Source: a virus (taxonomy: Duplodnaviria; Caudoviricetes). Taken from it: a DNA stretch of 61,920 nt. The notes beneath the pieces are model-generated. The model was not told the DNA's origin, ran no database searches, and saw nothing but the letters and a program-made list of their open reading frames with translations. The position numbers and the translations under genes were made by a program. Shown here in pieces: positions 7,312-16,197 of the stretch. Every line of letters begins with the position of its first letter. The stretch's first letter is position 1. Location: IMG/VR virus record IMGVR_UViG_3300044833_000104, positions 1 to 61,920 of that record; one strand, given 5' to 3'.

Positions 7312-7758
7312 ATGCTTTCAAAATATCCGTTTGACTGGGAAGAGCTTCAAAAGGGCGACATACTAACTACCGAAGAATTGCAGCGAATCACCGGCAAGAC
7401 GCCGGGGTCAGATGAGTTTCGTTTCGCATGTATGACGTTGCAGTCGCTGATTCAAGACAAGACCGGCTTCACCGTCAAGTTGAAAGGCGACGAGACTTTG
7501 CAGGTTCTAACAGACGCGGAAGCAGCAGAGCATAATAGCCGCCTCTTCGGACAGTTCATGCGATCGATGGTGTCTCGTCATGCACTCAACTGCGAGGTTG
7601 ACGTGGACAATCTGAATCCAACGTCACGCGCGAAACATGATCGGACGCTAGTCACTCAGTCGCGCTACGTTTCCGCAATCGTACAAACGACCAAGGAAAT
7701 CAGGATAGCCAAGCGCGATGAAGTGCCGGGTATCGAATCGGAGACGGAGGCCCACTGA
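7312..7758 (+). CDS. Hypothetical protein, possible accessory of the RAMP/pentamer locus
   Basis: GAGGT RBS directly after array 3; wHTH-like N-terminal half. Confidence 0.6.
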   Translation: MLSKYPFDWEELQKGDILTTEELQRITGKTPGSDEFRFACMTLQSLIQDKTGFTVKLKGDETLQVLTDAEAAEHNSRLFGQFMRSMVSRHALNCEVDVDNLNPTSRAKHDRTLVTQSRYVSAIVQTTKEIRIAKRDEVPGIESETEAH

Positions 7759-8036
7759 TGGAAACCTCTCGCCGCATCCGCGAAGTCCATGAGCGCAGTC
7801 AGGAAGAAGTCGCCAGGCTGCTTGCCATCTCGCAGGCCCAGGTAGCGCGTGCAGAGCAGTCAGCTTTACGCAAGCTGCGCGCCAACCCCGAAGCGAAGCT
7901 GCTGATGCGGTATGTCTCCCAGCACCACACCGGCGGTACTTCTCCCTACGTGGAGCCAGCGCTCATGCGAAAGTTCGGCGCCGGTTGTGAAGATGCCAGC
8001 TTTCTTACTATCAGCGGTTTTGCACCCAATCTTTAA
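7758..8036 (+). CDS. Sigma70 region 4-like HTH protein
   Basis: RSQEEVARLLAISQAQVARAEQSALRKLR. Confidence 0.75.
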   Translation: METSRRIREVHERSQEEVARLLAISQAQVARAEQSALRKLRANPEAKLLMRYVSQHHTGGTSPYVEPALMRKFGAGCEDASFLTISGFAPNL

Positions 8037-8051
8037 AAGGAGAAACACACA

Positions 8052-8609
8052 ATGTTAATGACAGAAATTCGCAAGCAGTCCCTAGGCGTTATTGAGCAGG
8101 TCAACGATGGTATCGCCGACCTCGCACGACAGGCTGAGGAGATTCTTGGCTATGGCGTGCTTTCAAGAAACTTCGTCACAACCGCAATCGAACTCACCAC
8201 TCTGCAGACTGCGCTCAAGGAACTCGATATCGATGTGATGGTTCCCGGAGATGTTCAGCATTACCAGAAGGAGCGGCAGATCGAGCAGACCAAGGCCAAT
8301 TTTGAAGTTTGGCTGAAGGATTTCATGTCTTCCGGTACGGCAGGTCGCTACAACCGATTCGATGGCCCTGCTTGGGTCGAGGAGAAGATTGCCGAGTACA
8401 AGCAGCCCATCCCGGAGTTTGTGCTGGCGAAGGCCGTTCAGATAAAGCAGCGAGTTCCGGACTGTGAGATTTACGTGGAATACCTGTCCGATCATCCGGA
8501 CCCGTTCCTCATCATAGCGATCCCAGAAGGTCGGCCTTACTACCCCGCGAAAGAACGCTACCACGTTGAGGTTTGGGCAGAACCGAAGTTCGAAGGTCGT
8601 ATCCGCTAG
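8052..8609 (+). CDS. Hypothetical phage protein
   Basis: AAGGAG RBS; 185 aa; PIPEFVL, PDPFL and WAEPKF motifs. Confidence 0.7.
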   Translation: MLMTEIRKQSLGVIEQVNDGIADLARQAEEILGYGVLSRNFVTTAIELTTLQTALKELDIDVMVPGDVQHYQKERQIEQTKANFEVWLKDFMSSGTAGRYNRFDGPAWVEEKIAEYKQPIPEFVLAKAVQIKQRVPDCEIYVEYLSDHPDPFLIIAIPEGRPYYPAKERYHVEVWAEPKFEGRIR

Positions 8610-8670
8610 AGCAACGCCGGGGTGCGCATGGCAACGCACAAATCTTTTGGAACCACGGAAAGGAATACCC

Positions 8671-9414
8671 ATGTCCAGCACCGCACTCGCAAGAGAAGAG
8701 CGCCATGAAATTACTGTACAGCCCACAGTGATGGAGATTCTAAGCAACGCTGTGCTGTCTGGAAAGGCGGATGTTAGCGTGATCGAGCGCCTGACCAAAT
8801 TGCAGCGAGAGCAAGTGGAGTATCAGGCAATGGTCGAATTCAATGAGGCCATGCACCGCTGCCAACAACAGATGAGGCACATCAACACAGACATGCAGTC
8901 GGATAAGGGTCGGTATGCCAGTTACAAACAAGTGGATAAGGCGATCCGGCCCATCTACACCGGCGAAGGCATATCCCTTTCTTTCTCTGACGGCGAGCCG
9001 ATAGCTCCCGACACCCTGCGCCTCCTCTGCTACGTCTCTCGCGGTGGCTACACCCGCGTCTACCACAAAGATATGCCCATCGATACGAAGGGAGCCAAGG
9101 GCAATGACGTGATGACGCGCACCCACGCTCAAGCCTCGGCTGATTCGTATGCAAAGCGCTATCTCGTCAAGGACATATTCAACCTTGCCGTTGGGGAGGC
9201 CGATGACGACGGCAACGGGGGCGCCCCAATGGAAGAGACAGAGTTTGTCTCCTGGCGAGACAACATCCTCAACTCTGCTGACGAGGATGACCTGCGGAAG
9301 TTTTTCAACGCAGCTTTTCAAGAAGCGACGAGGGCCAAGGATAAGCTCGCGCTCCAATCTTTCCGTGACGCCCGTGATCGACGGCGCAAGGAACTAAAGG
9401 AGCAAGCTCAGTGA
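8671..9414 (+). CDS. ERF-family single-strand annealing protein
   Basis: RYASYKQVDKAIRPI and ASADSYAKRY...FNLAVGEADDDGN; adjacent to an exonuclease. Confidence 0.85.
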   Translation: MSSTALAREERHEITVQPTVMEILSNAVLSGKADVSVIERLTKLQREQVEYQAMVEFNEAMHRCQQQMRHINTDMQSDKGRYASYKQVDKAIRPIYTGEGISLSFSDGEPIAPDTLRLLCYVSRGGYTRVYHKDMPIDTKGAKGNDVMTRTHAQASADSYAKRYLVKDIFNLAVGEADDDGNGGAPMEETEFVSWRDNILNSADEDDLRKFFNAAFQEATRAKDKLALQSFRDARDRRRKELKEQAQ

Positions 9415-10139
9415 AAGTCGTTTCTTGCTCGCAACACTCCCACGAGTGGTTTGAAGCTCGCGTCGGCCATGTTACCGGCTCAGAAATGGGCGCCGTGCTC
9501 AACTACCTCAAGCGAGGTGGCGAGTCTGCGGAGCGACGCAATTATCGGTTCAAGATTGCCGCCGAACTGCTGACCGGCATGGGTCAGGGAGAGGGCTATG
9601 TATCCGCCGCGATGGACTGGGGCAACGAGCAGGAACCCTTCGCGCGTGTGGCCTATGAGGTGCGGAACAACTCACAGGTCAAGCAGGTGGGTTTCGTCCT
9701 TCACGATACGATACCGTTCTTTGGCGGATCACCTGATGGCTTGGTCGATGAAGACGGTGGGCTGGAGTTGAAGTGTCCAGAAACCACCACGCACCTGAAA
9801 TGGATGCTTGACGGCGTGGTTCCAGAGCAGCACCGGGATCAGATGTACAGCTACATGGCGCTCACCAGGCGGAGGTGGTGGGACTTCGCATCGTACGATC
9901 CGCGTCCGCTGGACCCACGCTATCACCTGTTTACCAAACGCCTCGACTGGGATGACAAGCGCGTAGGGGAGATTGAGGGCGGGGTGAAGCAGTTCCTCGC
10001 CGAAGTCCACGACATGATCGAGCGGATCAAGGGAGTATGCCCACTCGTTGACCAGTTACGCAAATCAGTGGATATCGAGTCGGAGCTAGGCATTACCGAT
10101 GACGACATTCGGTGGGCGAAGGAGCACGTGGGCCCATGA
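9411..10139 (+). CDS. YqaJ/lambda-exonuclease family protein
   Basis: QHSHEWFEARVGHVTGS, MDWGNEQEPFAR, GGSPDGLV, LELKCP. Confidence 0.92.
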   Translation: MKVVSCSQHSHEWFEARVGHVTGSEMGAVLNYLKRGGESAERRNYRFKIAAELLTGMGQGEGYVSAAMDWGNEQEPFARVAYEVRNNSQVKQVGFVLHDTIPFFGGSPDGLVDEDGGLELKCPETTTHLKWMLDGVVPEQHRDQMYSYMALTRRRWWDFASYDPRPLDPRYHLFTKRLDWDDKRVGEIEGGVKQFLAEVHDMIERIKGVCPLVDQLRKSVDIESELGITDDDIRWAKEHVGP

Positions 10140-10360
10140 ACCTCTTCCGCATCCCTACTACCATCCGCAAGGTGTCGAAGCGCCGCAAGGCACGCTCTGG
10201 TAAGCCAGGGAAGCTCGGCATCGTGCGGCTTTATGGGGCTGCCAAGACAGCTTTGCGCCGGCACTGCTATGAGCGGGACCACGAACGGTGCGTCGTGTGC
10301 AAGAAGTGGCTCCCGTTCGAAGGGCCACTGATGGAGCGCATGCACATGGCGCACGTAGAA
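10136..10360 (+). pseudogene. Truncated HNH-type nuclease (N-terminal part)
   Basis: YERDHERCVVC...MHMAHV, after which the expected N..LCxxCH half is missing. Confidence 0.6.
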
Positions 10361-10491
10361 GGAACGGGCCGCGCTACAAGATGCTTGGCAACTCCATGGC
10401 CGTGCCGGTCATCCGGTGGATCGCTAGGAGGATTTTAGAAGTGGATTCGTTGCCCGCAACTACTGAAGCAAGCATAGCTAACCAAGTATAG
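10361..10491 (+). pseudogene. C-terminal remnant of a C5-cytosine DNA methyltransferase
   Basis: NGPRYKMLGNSMAVPVIRWIARRI matches motif X; no upstream MTase motifs. Confidence 0.8.
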
Positions 10492-10503
10492 AGAGGGAAC
10501 GAG

Positions 10504-10731
10504 ATGAAATTTGGGCATAAGGAAACCGGGGATGTTCTTGAGGTTCCGCCTCCTGATCTTACTGGCAGGGCCGTGGTGCGCTTCAATGGGCGAACCGTGG
10601 AAAGAGTGCTTTATAGCGATGACGATGGAGGCTCCGTTACAACCCAAGATGGGCGAATTTTTAGCGGCGAGGAATGGACCGCATACCTTGTCGAACAGTT
10701 GAGAGTAGGAGCATGGAAGGTAATTCATTAG
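10504..10731 (+). CDS. Hypothetical protein
   Basis: GAGGG RBS; ORF track. Confidence 0.55.
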   Translation: MKFGHKETGDVLEVPPPDLTGRAVVRFNGRTVERVLYSDDDGGSVTTQDGRIFSGEEWTAYLVEQLRVGAWKVIH

Positions 10732-10784
10732 AAAATTTCCTAGCCTAACCGCCCCGGCCCCAACGAATAGAGAGGAAGAGATCG

Positions 10785-11102
10785 ATGAGCGAATTGACGA
10801 AAGAACGCTGGCACTACCAAGAAGAGAGCGATGCCTACACCCACATCGTTCGCGGACCAAGCAATGAGCACATCGTTCAGTTGTCGCAGGATACGAGCGG
10901 GAAAGCTGAAGGGAGAGCCCGTCTTATGGCCGCTGCTCCTGAACTCCTAGAAGCGCTGAGGAAGGCAGAGGCGTTCATTGAGGACGAATTGAGTGTACGC
11001 AAGACATCATATCTGCCGGAAGGTTCGCCCTATATCGACGAAGCGCAGACCGTGCTCAATCTGGTTGCCGCAGCCATCGCTAAATCCGAGGCTACCCGAT
11101 GA
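10785..11102 (+). CDS. Hypothetical phage protein (AAAPELLEAL family)
   Basis: ARLMAAAPELLEAL...AAIAK. Confidence 0.7.
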   Translation: MSELTKERWHYQEESDAYTHIVRGPSNEHIVQLSQDTSGKAEGRARLMAAAPELLEALRKAEAFIEDELSVRKTSYLPEGSPYIDEAQTVLNLVAAAIAKSEATR

Positions 11103-11827
11103 CCGACATGAAATCAGACGCGCTACCAGAGGGCCCGGAGAAGCAAATGCAAGAAAATATGCAGGCTGTTATTGGGGTCATCGAGGATTCGAAGAACACT
11201 CTTTGCGCATTCGACCACAACAGCACCTGCAATTGCGATCGGTGCGCGACTCGGGATCTTCTGGATGAAGCCATTGTCCTCTTGCGAAACGTTATTCCTG
11301 CCGCCCCCTCTCCCCTTCCCGTAGCGACAAGGGACAAAAGTGAAGGCGTGAGACTGGGTGCAATTCCTCCTCCGCCCGATCCGCCGCCGCTTCCTGTCGA
11401 TGAGAAATTCACCCTTTGGCTGGACGATGAGGGTGACTACATGATTCAGTCGCAGGTGAGGTCAGGGCTTCTCGCACATGGATCAACGCCGGAGGATGCT
11501 GTGTGGTGCATGAGGCAGGTGCTTGAATTGGCGGCATCACTTGTAGCCAATCCCGTAGCCGAGATGACAGACGAGGAAGCAGTCAGAGCGGTTTATCCAG
11601 GGGCATTTCCTCGCTCTGAAGCAACTAGTGAGGGCGCAGGGGCCGTTATTGTGCAATATTACACAGCTTCCTGCGGGTATGAGCATCTGGAGAACCTGAG
11701 CAGTCATATTCACTACGATTGCAGTAAGAGTGATGACCCGGATGATCCTGCGGAGGACGAGGCGTATTTGCTGGCATGGTCTGATGCCCGCTCCAAGCTC
11801 CAGCCAGTACCACCTAACCATCTTTGA
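11099..11827 (+). CDS. Hypothetical mosaic protein with a central HicB-like segment
   Basis: DDEGDYMIQS..SGLLAHGSTPEDAV resembles the HicB/UPF0150 motif; Pro-rich linkers. Confidence 0.5.
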   Translation: MTDMKSDALPEGPEKQMQENMQAVIGVIEDSKNTLCAFDHNSTCNCDRCATRDLLDEAIVLLRNVIPAAPSPLPVATRDKSEGVRLGAIPPPPDPPPLPVDEKFTLWLDDEGDYMIQSQVRSGLLAHGSTPEDAVWCMRQVLELAASLVANPVAEMTDEEAVRAVYPGAFPRSEATSEGAGAVIVQYYTASCGYEHLENLSSHIHYDCSKSDDPDDPAEDEAYLLAWSDARSKLQPVPPNHL

Positions 11828-11842
11828 TACGAAAGGGAGATT

Positions 11843-12205
11843 ATGACGATTTCTACAGAGAATGCTCCGACAAAACCAAAGATTTTCGTGTTCATCAACC
11901 AGCGTTATAGCAACGGAGATGAGGTCCCCTTCGCGATGGCCGAGGATGGGGCTGGTTTGGCATCGCACTTTTGCTCTGCTGGATGGGCGCGTCATGACAT
12001 GGGATTCGGCGGCTCTACATGGAAGCATGAGCACTATAACGCACATTACCCCAATGGCTGGGAGTTGGAGTGGGTCGATGATTTCGATTCTCACGAAGGA
12101 TTGAAGGCGGCTATAGCTCGGGCAGATGAGGCCGCAACGCCTGAACCAGAAACGCCTGAACCTGTAGCCCCTCTAGGGGAGAGCCCCAGTACCGAGAAGG
12201 AGTAA
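11843..12205 (+). CDS. Hypothetical phage protein
   Basis: GGGAG RBS; ORF track. Confidence 0.65.
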   Translation: MTISTENAPTKPKIFVFINQRYSNGDEVPFAMAEDGAGLASHFCSAGWARHDMGFGGSTWKHEHYNAHYPNGWELEWVDDFDSHEGLKAAIARADEAATPEPETPEPVAPLGESPSTEKE

Positions 12206-12208
12206 TGG

Positions 12209-12406
12209 ATGAGCATGACGCGCAATGAATTCAAGCAAGAAGCGGCAATCAGGTGTCTTCAAGCACTACTGGCGGGAAGCGAGACCTTCAGTATTCACAC
12301 GCCGCTCCGCGATGTAGCAGATCGAGCCGTTGCCCTTGCGGATGCCCTAACTGTCGCTTATGGAGATGCGGTACTGGAGGCATTCTATGAGGCCAAAAGT
12401 GAATAA
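12209..12406 (+). CDS. Hypothetical phage protein
   Basis: AAGGAG RBS; MTRNEF..AA...AVALADAL pattern. Confidence 0.65.
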   Translation: MSMTRNEFKQEAAIRCLQALLAGSETFSIHTPLRDVADRAVALADALTVAYGDAVLEAFYEAKSE

Positions 12407-12449
12407 CCCTGATACCGAACTCTCCCCCCCTGTATACCGGAGGTAAGAG

Positions 12450-12977
12450 ATGCCGAATCATGTAATCAACGAGGTTATTTTTCATGGCGACAGTGAGTTC
12501 CGCCGAAAAGTGCGGAGATTTGCCATCAACGCCAACGGCGAGATTGACTTCACGCTGATGCTACCGATTCCGCTCTATTGCTGGCAGGGTGGAGTTAGCT
12601 CGCTACATCAGAAGAGGTTCCCTGACAACGCGCTTTATTGGTGTGCTAAACACTGGGGGACGAAATGGGGAGCATATGGTCAGAAGCCCATTGAGGAGAC
12701 AGAAGACTCGCTGATTCTCCGGTTCGATACGGCATGGAATGCGCCATTCGGCTGGCTTGCGGCGATGTTCAACGCGCTACAAGTGGGCTTCGAGGTCAAC
12801 TGGTTCAGCGAAGGCGAGAGTCGAGGCCATAGCGCAAAGTTCGACATGGGCGATAAGTGGGGCATGCAATACACCGAATTGGCGGAAATTTCTGATGACA
12901 TGCAAAAGCACCTGCACCTTCTCCGCTGGGGTGTCGAATCGTTCCCCGAAGAAGAGGAAGAAACTGAACCTGAGTAG
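12450..12977 (+). CDS. DUF1281/YubB ferredoxin-like family protein
   Basis: MPNHVIN, WCAKHWGTKW, FDTAWNAP. Confidence 0.75.
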   Translation: MPNHVINEVIFHGDSEFRRKVRRFAINANGEIDFTLMLPIPLYCWQGGVSSLHQKRFPDNALYWCAKHWGTKWGAYGQKPIEETEDSLILRFDTAWNAPFGWLAAMFNALQVGFEVNWFSEGESRGHSAKFDMGDKWGMQYTELAEISDDMQKHLHLLRWGVESFPEEEEETEPE

Positions 12978-12994
12978 CTATACCGGAGGAAGAG

Positions 12995-13177
12995 ATGGAG
13001 GATCGTTGTGGATGGATGTGTGAGGGCGGCGGCAAGCAGTGTATCTATCCTGCGGGACATTCAGAAAAAGTCCACAAATGGGGACCGTTGCCCGCGTGGG
13101 CATGTGCTTACCATGAAGACGATTCAGATAACGAAGAAGGGTTACAAGAGATGCCGCAGGTGCTTGGCAATCGCTAA
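12995..13177 (+). CDS. Small Cys/His-containing hypothetical protein
   Basis: Follows a repeat RBS. Confidence 0.6.
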   Translation: MEDRCGWMCEGGGKQCIYPAGHSEKVHKWGPLPAWACAYHEDDSDNEEGLQEMPQVLGNR

Positions 13178-13199
13178 TTCGCTATACCGGAGGAAAGAG

Positions 13200-13592
13200 A
13201 TGGAAGCACATTTCGTAACGTTTTATAGTCCTGGCACCTTTCTCCACGAAGAGAGCACCAAGCCGATTGAAGCTTGGGACGTGAAGGTTGCCTCAACAAT
13301 GGCCCGCGAAATCAGCGAGAGGTACGGTGCGAAACCTTTCGGGTTTAGGTTCACGACTCGGAGCCGGGAAGATAAGGATCTTGATTCAAGGGTTAGCAAG
13401 ACGAGTCGGATGTACTTCCTTGGCGGCAAGGTGGAGACGCTGGCACAGGTAAAGGCGCGGGCAACTCCTGATGACAGAATCCTCGTTTCCAATATGGAAT
13501 GCAAAGGCTATGAGCGCATCATTACGAACACAAACTCGTGGAAGGTGACAATGCCACTTGGGAAGAATGACATCGTGCTGGACTGGAAGTAG
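13200..13592 (+). CDS. Hypothetical phage protein
   Basis: Follows a repeat RBS; HFVTFYSPGTF. Confidence 0.7.
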   Translation: MEAHFVTFYSPGTFLHEESTKPIEAWDVKVASTMAREISERYGAKPFGFRFTTRSREDKDLDSRVSKTSRMYFLGGKVETLAQVKARATPDDRILVSNMECKGYERIITNTNSWKVTMPLGKNDIVLDWK

Positions 13593-13612
13593 CTATACCG
13601 GAGGATACACAA

Positions 13613-13879
13613 ATGAGCGATTTACGAATTAAATGCATCCTGTGGGGTTGCTGGTGCGATGAGAATAGCGCTTGTCCCAAGTGTGGCGCGGCACTGTACG
13701 ACGCCGATTTCATTCAGATCGGCAAGCTGGCATGGATGCAGCGAGTGCGCGATTTCTTCAAGGGAAAGTATAGGTTCCTTGCCACCCACCGATGCCAAGT
13801 CTGCGGGAAGCACATGTGGTTTACGCGCTGGTCGCCATGCTGCTCAGATGAGTGTTACAGCAACTGGCTCCCGTTCTAA
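13613..13879 (+). CDS. Cys-rich zinc-finger hypothetical protein
   Basis: CPKC, CQVC, CCSDEC. Confidence 0.65.
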   Translation: MSDLRIKCILWGCWCDENSACPKCGAALYDADFIQIGKLAWMQRVRDFFKGKYRFLATHRCQVCGKHMWFTRWSPCCSDECYSNWLPF

Positions 13880-13903
13880 ATTTGAGTACCGGAGGACACA
13901 CAA

Positions 13904-14122
13904 ATGAGCTGCGGAACAAGACTTTATTCGCACGATGACTACGAACTGGCAAGACAACTGGAGAGCGATGGAGAACACAGCCTCGCTCAAAGCATAAGGC
14001 GTGGCGATTGTCTAGATAGTTACGATCTTCGCCGAGCCGAACACGCCTTAGAGCGGCGAGGGTTGCAGAGGGATTGGGACTACAAGGAAGACCGCTGCCA
14101 TTGCTCACATGACAACGAATAG
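13904..14122 (+). CDS. Hypothetical protein
   Basis: Follows a repeat RBS. Confidence 0.65.
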   Translation: MSCGTRLYSHDDYELARQLESDGEHSLAQSIRRGDCLDSYDLRRAEHALERRGLQRDWDYKEDRCHCSHDNE

Positions 14123-14145
14123 ATGAGTACCGGAGGACACAAGAG

Positions 14146-14322
14146 ATGACGACTGACATGGAAGATAAATGCTGGGCCGATGTCAAAGGTGAGCATATTG
14201 TGTGCACTCAAACCTACTGCCATGACGATGTGCCCCACATACAACACTGCGGGCGATGCGGTGAAAACCTAGACGAAGCTCAATTGGCTGTGATCGCTGC
14301 CCAACCCGTAGAGAGAAAGTAG
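14146..14322 (+). CDS. 58-aa Cys-containing hypothetical protein (not in the ORF track)
   Basis: Follows a repeat RBS; MTTDMEDKCWADVKGEHIVC...CGRCG. Confidence 0.6.
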   Translation: MTTDMEDKCWADVKGEHIVCTQTYCHDDVPHIQHCGRCGENLDEAQLAVIAAQPVERK

Positions 14323-14327
14323 GAGAG

Positions 14328-14552
14328 ATGAAACGAAGCGTTCCTTGGCTACGGCTATCGGAATGGGTTGCAACTACATGGGAGCTACAGGCGTCTTTTA
14401 CGCCATCAGAGTCTGCAAATCATGGCCACTGTTCTGGTTTAGCAGTGTTCGGATGGTTTGGAAGCGTGGCAATCTTCGCGCTTGTCGTGACTCAATTACG
14501 GAAACGCGGGATCTTTCCCGGCGAAAAGAAAGCTGAGGCCTCTCATGAATAA
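14328..14552 (+). CDS. Small membrane protein
   Basis: AGGAG RBS; one hydrophobic segment. Confidence 0.5.
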   Translation: MKRSVPWLRLSEWVATTWELQASFTPSESANHGHCSGLAVFGWFGSVAIFALVVTQLRKRGIFPGEKKAEASHE

Positions 14553-14751
14553 ATCGACCCCTAAGCCTGAAGAAATATCCCCAGCCTCGCCACTATGCGA
14601 GTGTGGCAACCCCATGATCAACAAGGATAAGTCAACCCCACAGTGGCAAGTCTATGACACCGTGTGCTCAAAGTGTGGTTCTAGAAGCCCTCAAGCGGCT
14701 GCGATGGTGCGAGAGATTATAGTGTCAAGTTTCAAGAAAGGTAAGCGATGA
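14545..14751 (+). CDS. Small zinc-finger protein
   Basis: CECG and CSKCG. Confidence 0.55.
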   Translation: MNKSTPKPEEISPASPLCECGNPMINKDKSTPQWQVYDTVCSKCGSRSPQAAAMVREIIVSSFKKGKR

Positions 14752-15458
14752 ATAACACCCCTAAGCCCGCTCCACCCAAACGCAGCCTTAGCGAAATATG
14801 CGAGGAGCTTTGCCCTGGAGTCACCGCACGCAATGCTGGTGCGTTCACCCGAGAGCCCGGAGTATGTGCGCACGGACTGAAGAATTGTGTCAGCCCGATG
14901 TGTGCCGCTCCACTCGCCGAACCCGCACAGCCAACGTATGCTTGGCCCAAAGTCGAAATCAAGCAAGAAGGCGAGCCTGAAGATATTGTTTGCCAAGCGT
15001 GCCAGCGACCCTTTACGGCGGAGGATGTGCTTGGGTGGACAGTAGTGTGCCCGAGTTGCAAGGGACGCAGCGGCGATCCATACTCACACGATCCGTTCGA
15101 CTGCCCTACTTGTGGCGGAAAAGGTAAAGTGCTTGCTTTCCCTCAAGTTGAGGCTGCCTATCTTGCCTCCGAACCCGCACAGGGGGAGCCACAAGGCTTA
15201 GTAGCACGAGAGGCACCAGAGGATGCGTGGATCGATTGTCCAGACAGTCAGGGATGGTGGTGGCACTGGGACGGGGATTACGCACACGCACCGTTCATCT
15301 ACAGCATCCTTACGAGTCTTTCGCGCAAGATCAACCGGGAGTTCATTGCCTGCCCCGATAGCCGTTGGTGCAACGACGTTGGCGGTAAGTGGATGAAGAT
15401 TCCTCAGCCGGCCCCACCAGCCAAGCTAGCCCCCTCGGACGATAAGGAGCAGCAATGA
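14748..15458 (+). CDS. Mosaic Cys-rich protein with DnaJ-type zinc-finger repeats
   Basis: CPSCKGRSG, CPTCGGKG, repeated EPAQ linkers. Confidence 0.6.
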   Translation: MNNTPKPAPPKRSLSEICEELCPGVTARNAGAFTREPGVCAHGLKNCVSPMCAAPLAEPAQPTYAWPKVEIKQEGEPEDIVCQACQRPFTAEDVLGWTVVCPSCKGRSGDPYSHDPFDCPTCGGKGKVLAFPQVEAAYLASEPAQGEPQGLVAREAPEDAWIDCPDSQGWWWHWDGDYAHAPFIYSILTSLSRKINREFIACPDSRWCNDVGGKWMKIPQPAPPAKLAPSDDKEQQ

Positions 15459-15781
15459 CAACTAGACGCGCAAATCCCCCATTCTTTATTCTTCCGATCA
15501 TCCTTCTCGTAATGTCGTCAAACCTGGTGCTCATGAACCGCAGCCGATATTCGTCCTATACCGCGCGTCTCGACTGGCATGAGGACTACAAGAAGCCGTA
15601 TCGATGGGTAGGGATTGGTGGCAGTCTAGAAGAGGTGAAGCGCCTCGATGTTGACGGCAAGGAGTGCGGCGTCATCTATAGAAATGCTGACCAAACTTGG
15701 ACTGCCTACGGCATGGGGTTCAGCGACTACCGCGTAAGCAAATCAGACGCAATCGCTGCGGTCAATAAGAACTGCTACTAG
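15455..15781 (+). CDS. Hypothetical protein with N-terminal TM/signal segment
   Basis: AAGGAG RBS; FFILPIILLVM. Confidence 0.6.
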   Translation: MTTRRANPPFFILPIILLVMSSNLVLMNRSRYSSYTARLDWHEDYKKPYRWVGIGGSLEEVKRLDVDGKECGVIYRNADQTWTAYGMGFSDYRVSKSDAIAAVNKNCY

Positions 15782-15814
15782 CCCCATCACCCAGCAAGGA
15801 TAAGGAGTAATTCA

Positions 15815-15955
15815 ATGACGAATCAGCAAATTGTAGATGAGATCGAGAGTGCGTTGCCGTCAAAGCTGCCCGCGAAAGTGAAAGAGAAGATTCTGGATCA
15901 CGTGTGGGATGTTCTCAATGATGAAATGGGCATGGATCTTGAAGATAAGGAGTAA
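15815..15955 (+). CDS. 46-aa hypothetical protein (not in the ORF track)
   Basis: GATAAGGAGTAA RBS; MTNQQIVDEIESALPSK. Confidence 0.55.
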   Translation: MTNQQIVDEIESALPSKLPAKVKEKILDHVWDVLNDEMGMDLEDKE

Positions 15956-15959
15956 CTCA

Positions 15960-16196
15960 ATGGATCTGAAGAAACTGGAGAAGGTAGACAGATTCGACAA
16001 GAACCTCGATTGGTCGGCACATCGATTGCTGGACAGGTATGTATTAGTGCAGCACTACGACCAAGCCCTCTCCCTCATACGGTCGCAGCAAGAGCTGTTG
16101 AGGGCGTACCGGGATACCCACTACCACGGCATCATGAGCGGTTGTGAAACATGCAAAGCCGCTGACGCCCTATTGCCCCCTATCGAGGAGAAATAA
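15960..16196 (+). CDS. Hypothetical protein
   Basis: GATAAGGAGTAA RBS. Confidence 0.6.
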   Translation: MDLKKLEKVDRFDKNLDWSAHRLLDRYVLVQHYDQALSLIRSQQELLRAYRDTHYHGIMSGCETCKAADALLPPIEEK

Positions 16197-16197
16197 C

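Larger units (their letters stand above)
12435..14148 (+). repeat. Six dispersed start-associated repeats TACCGGAGG-N6-8-ATG
   Basis: Copies at 12435, 12981, 13185, 13596, 13887 and 14128, each heading one gene. Confidence 0.9.
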
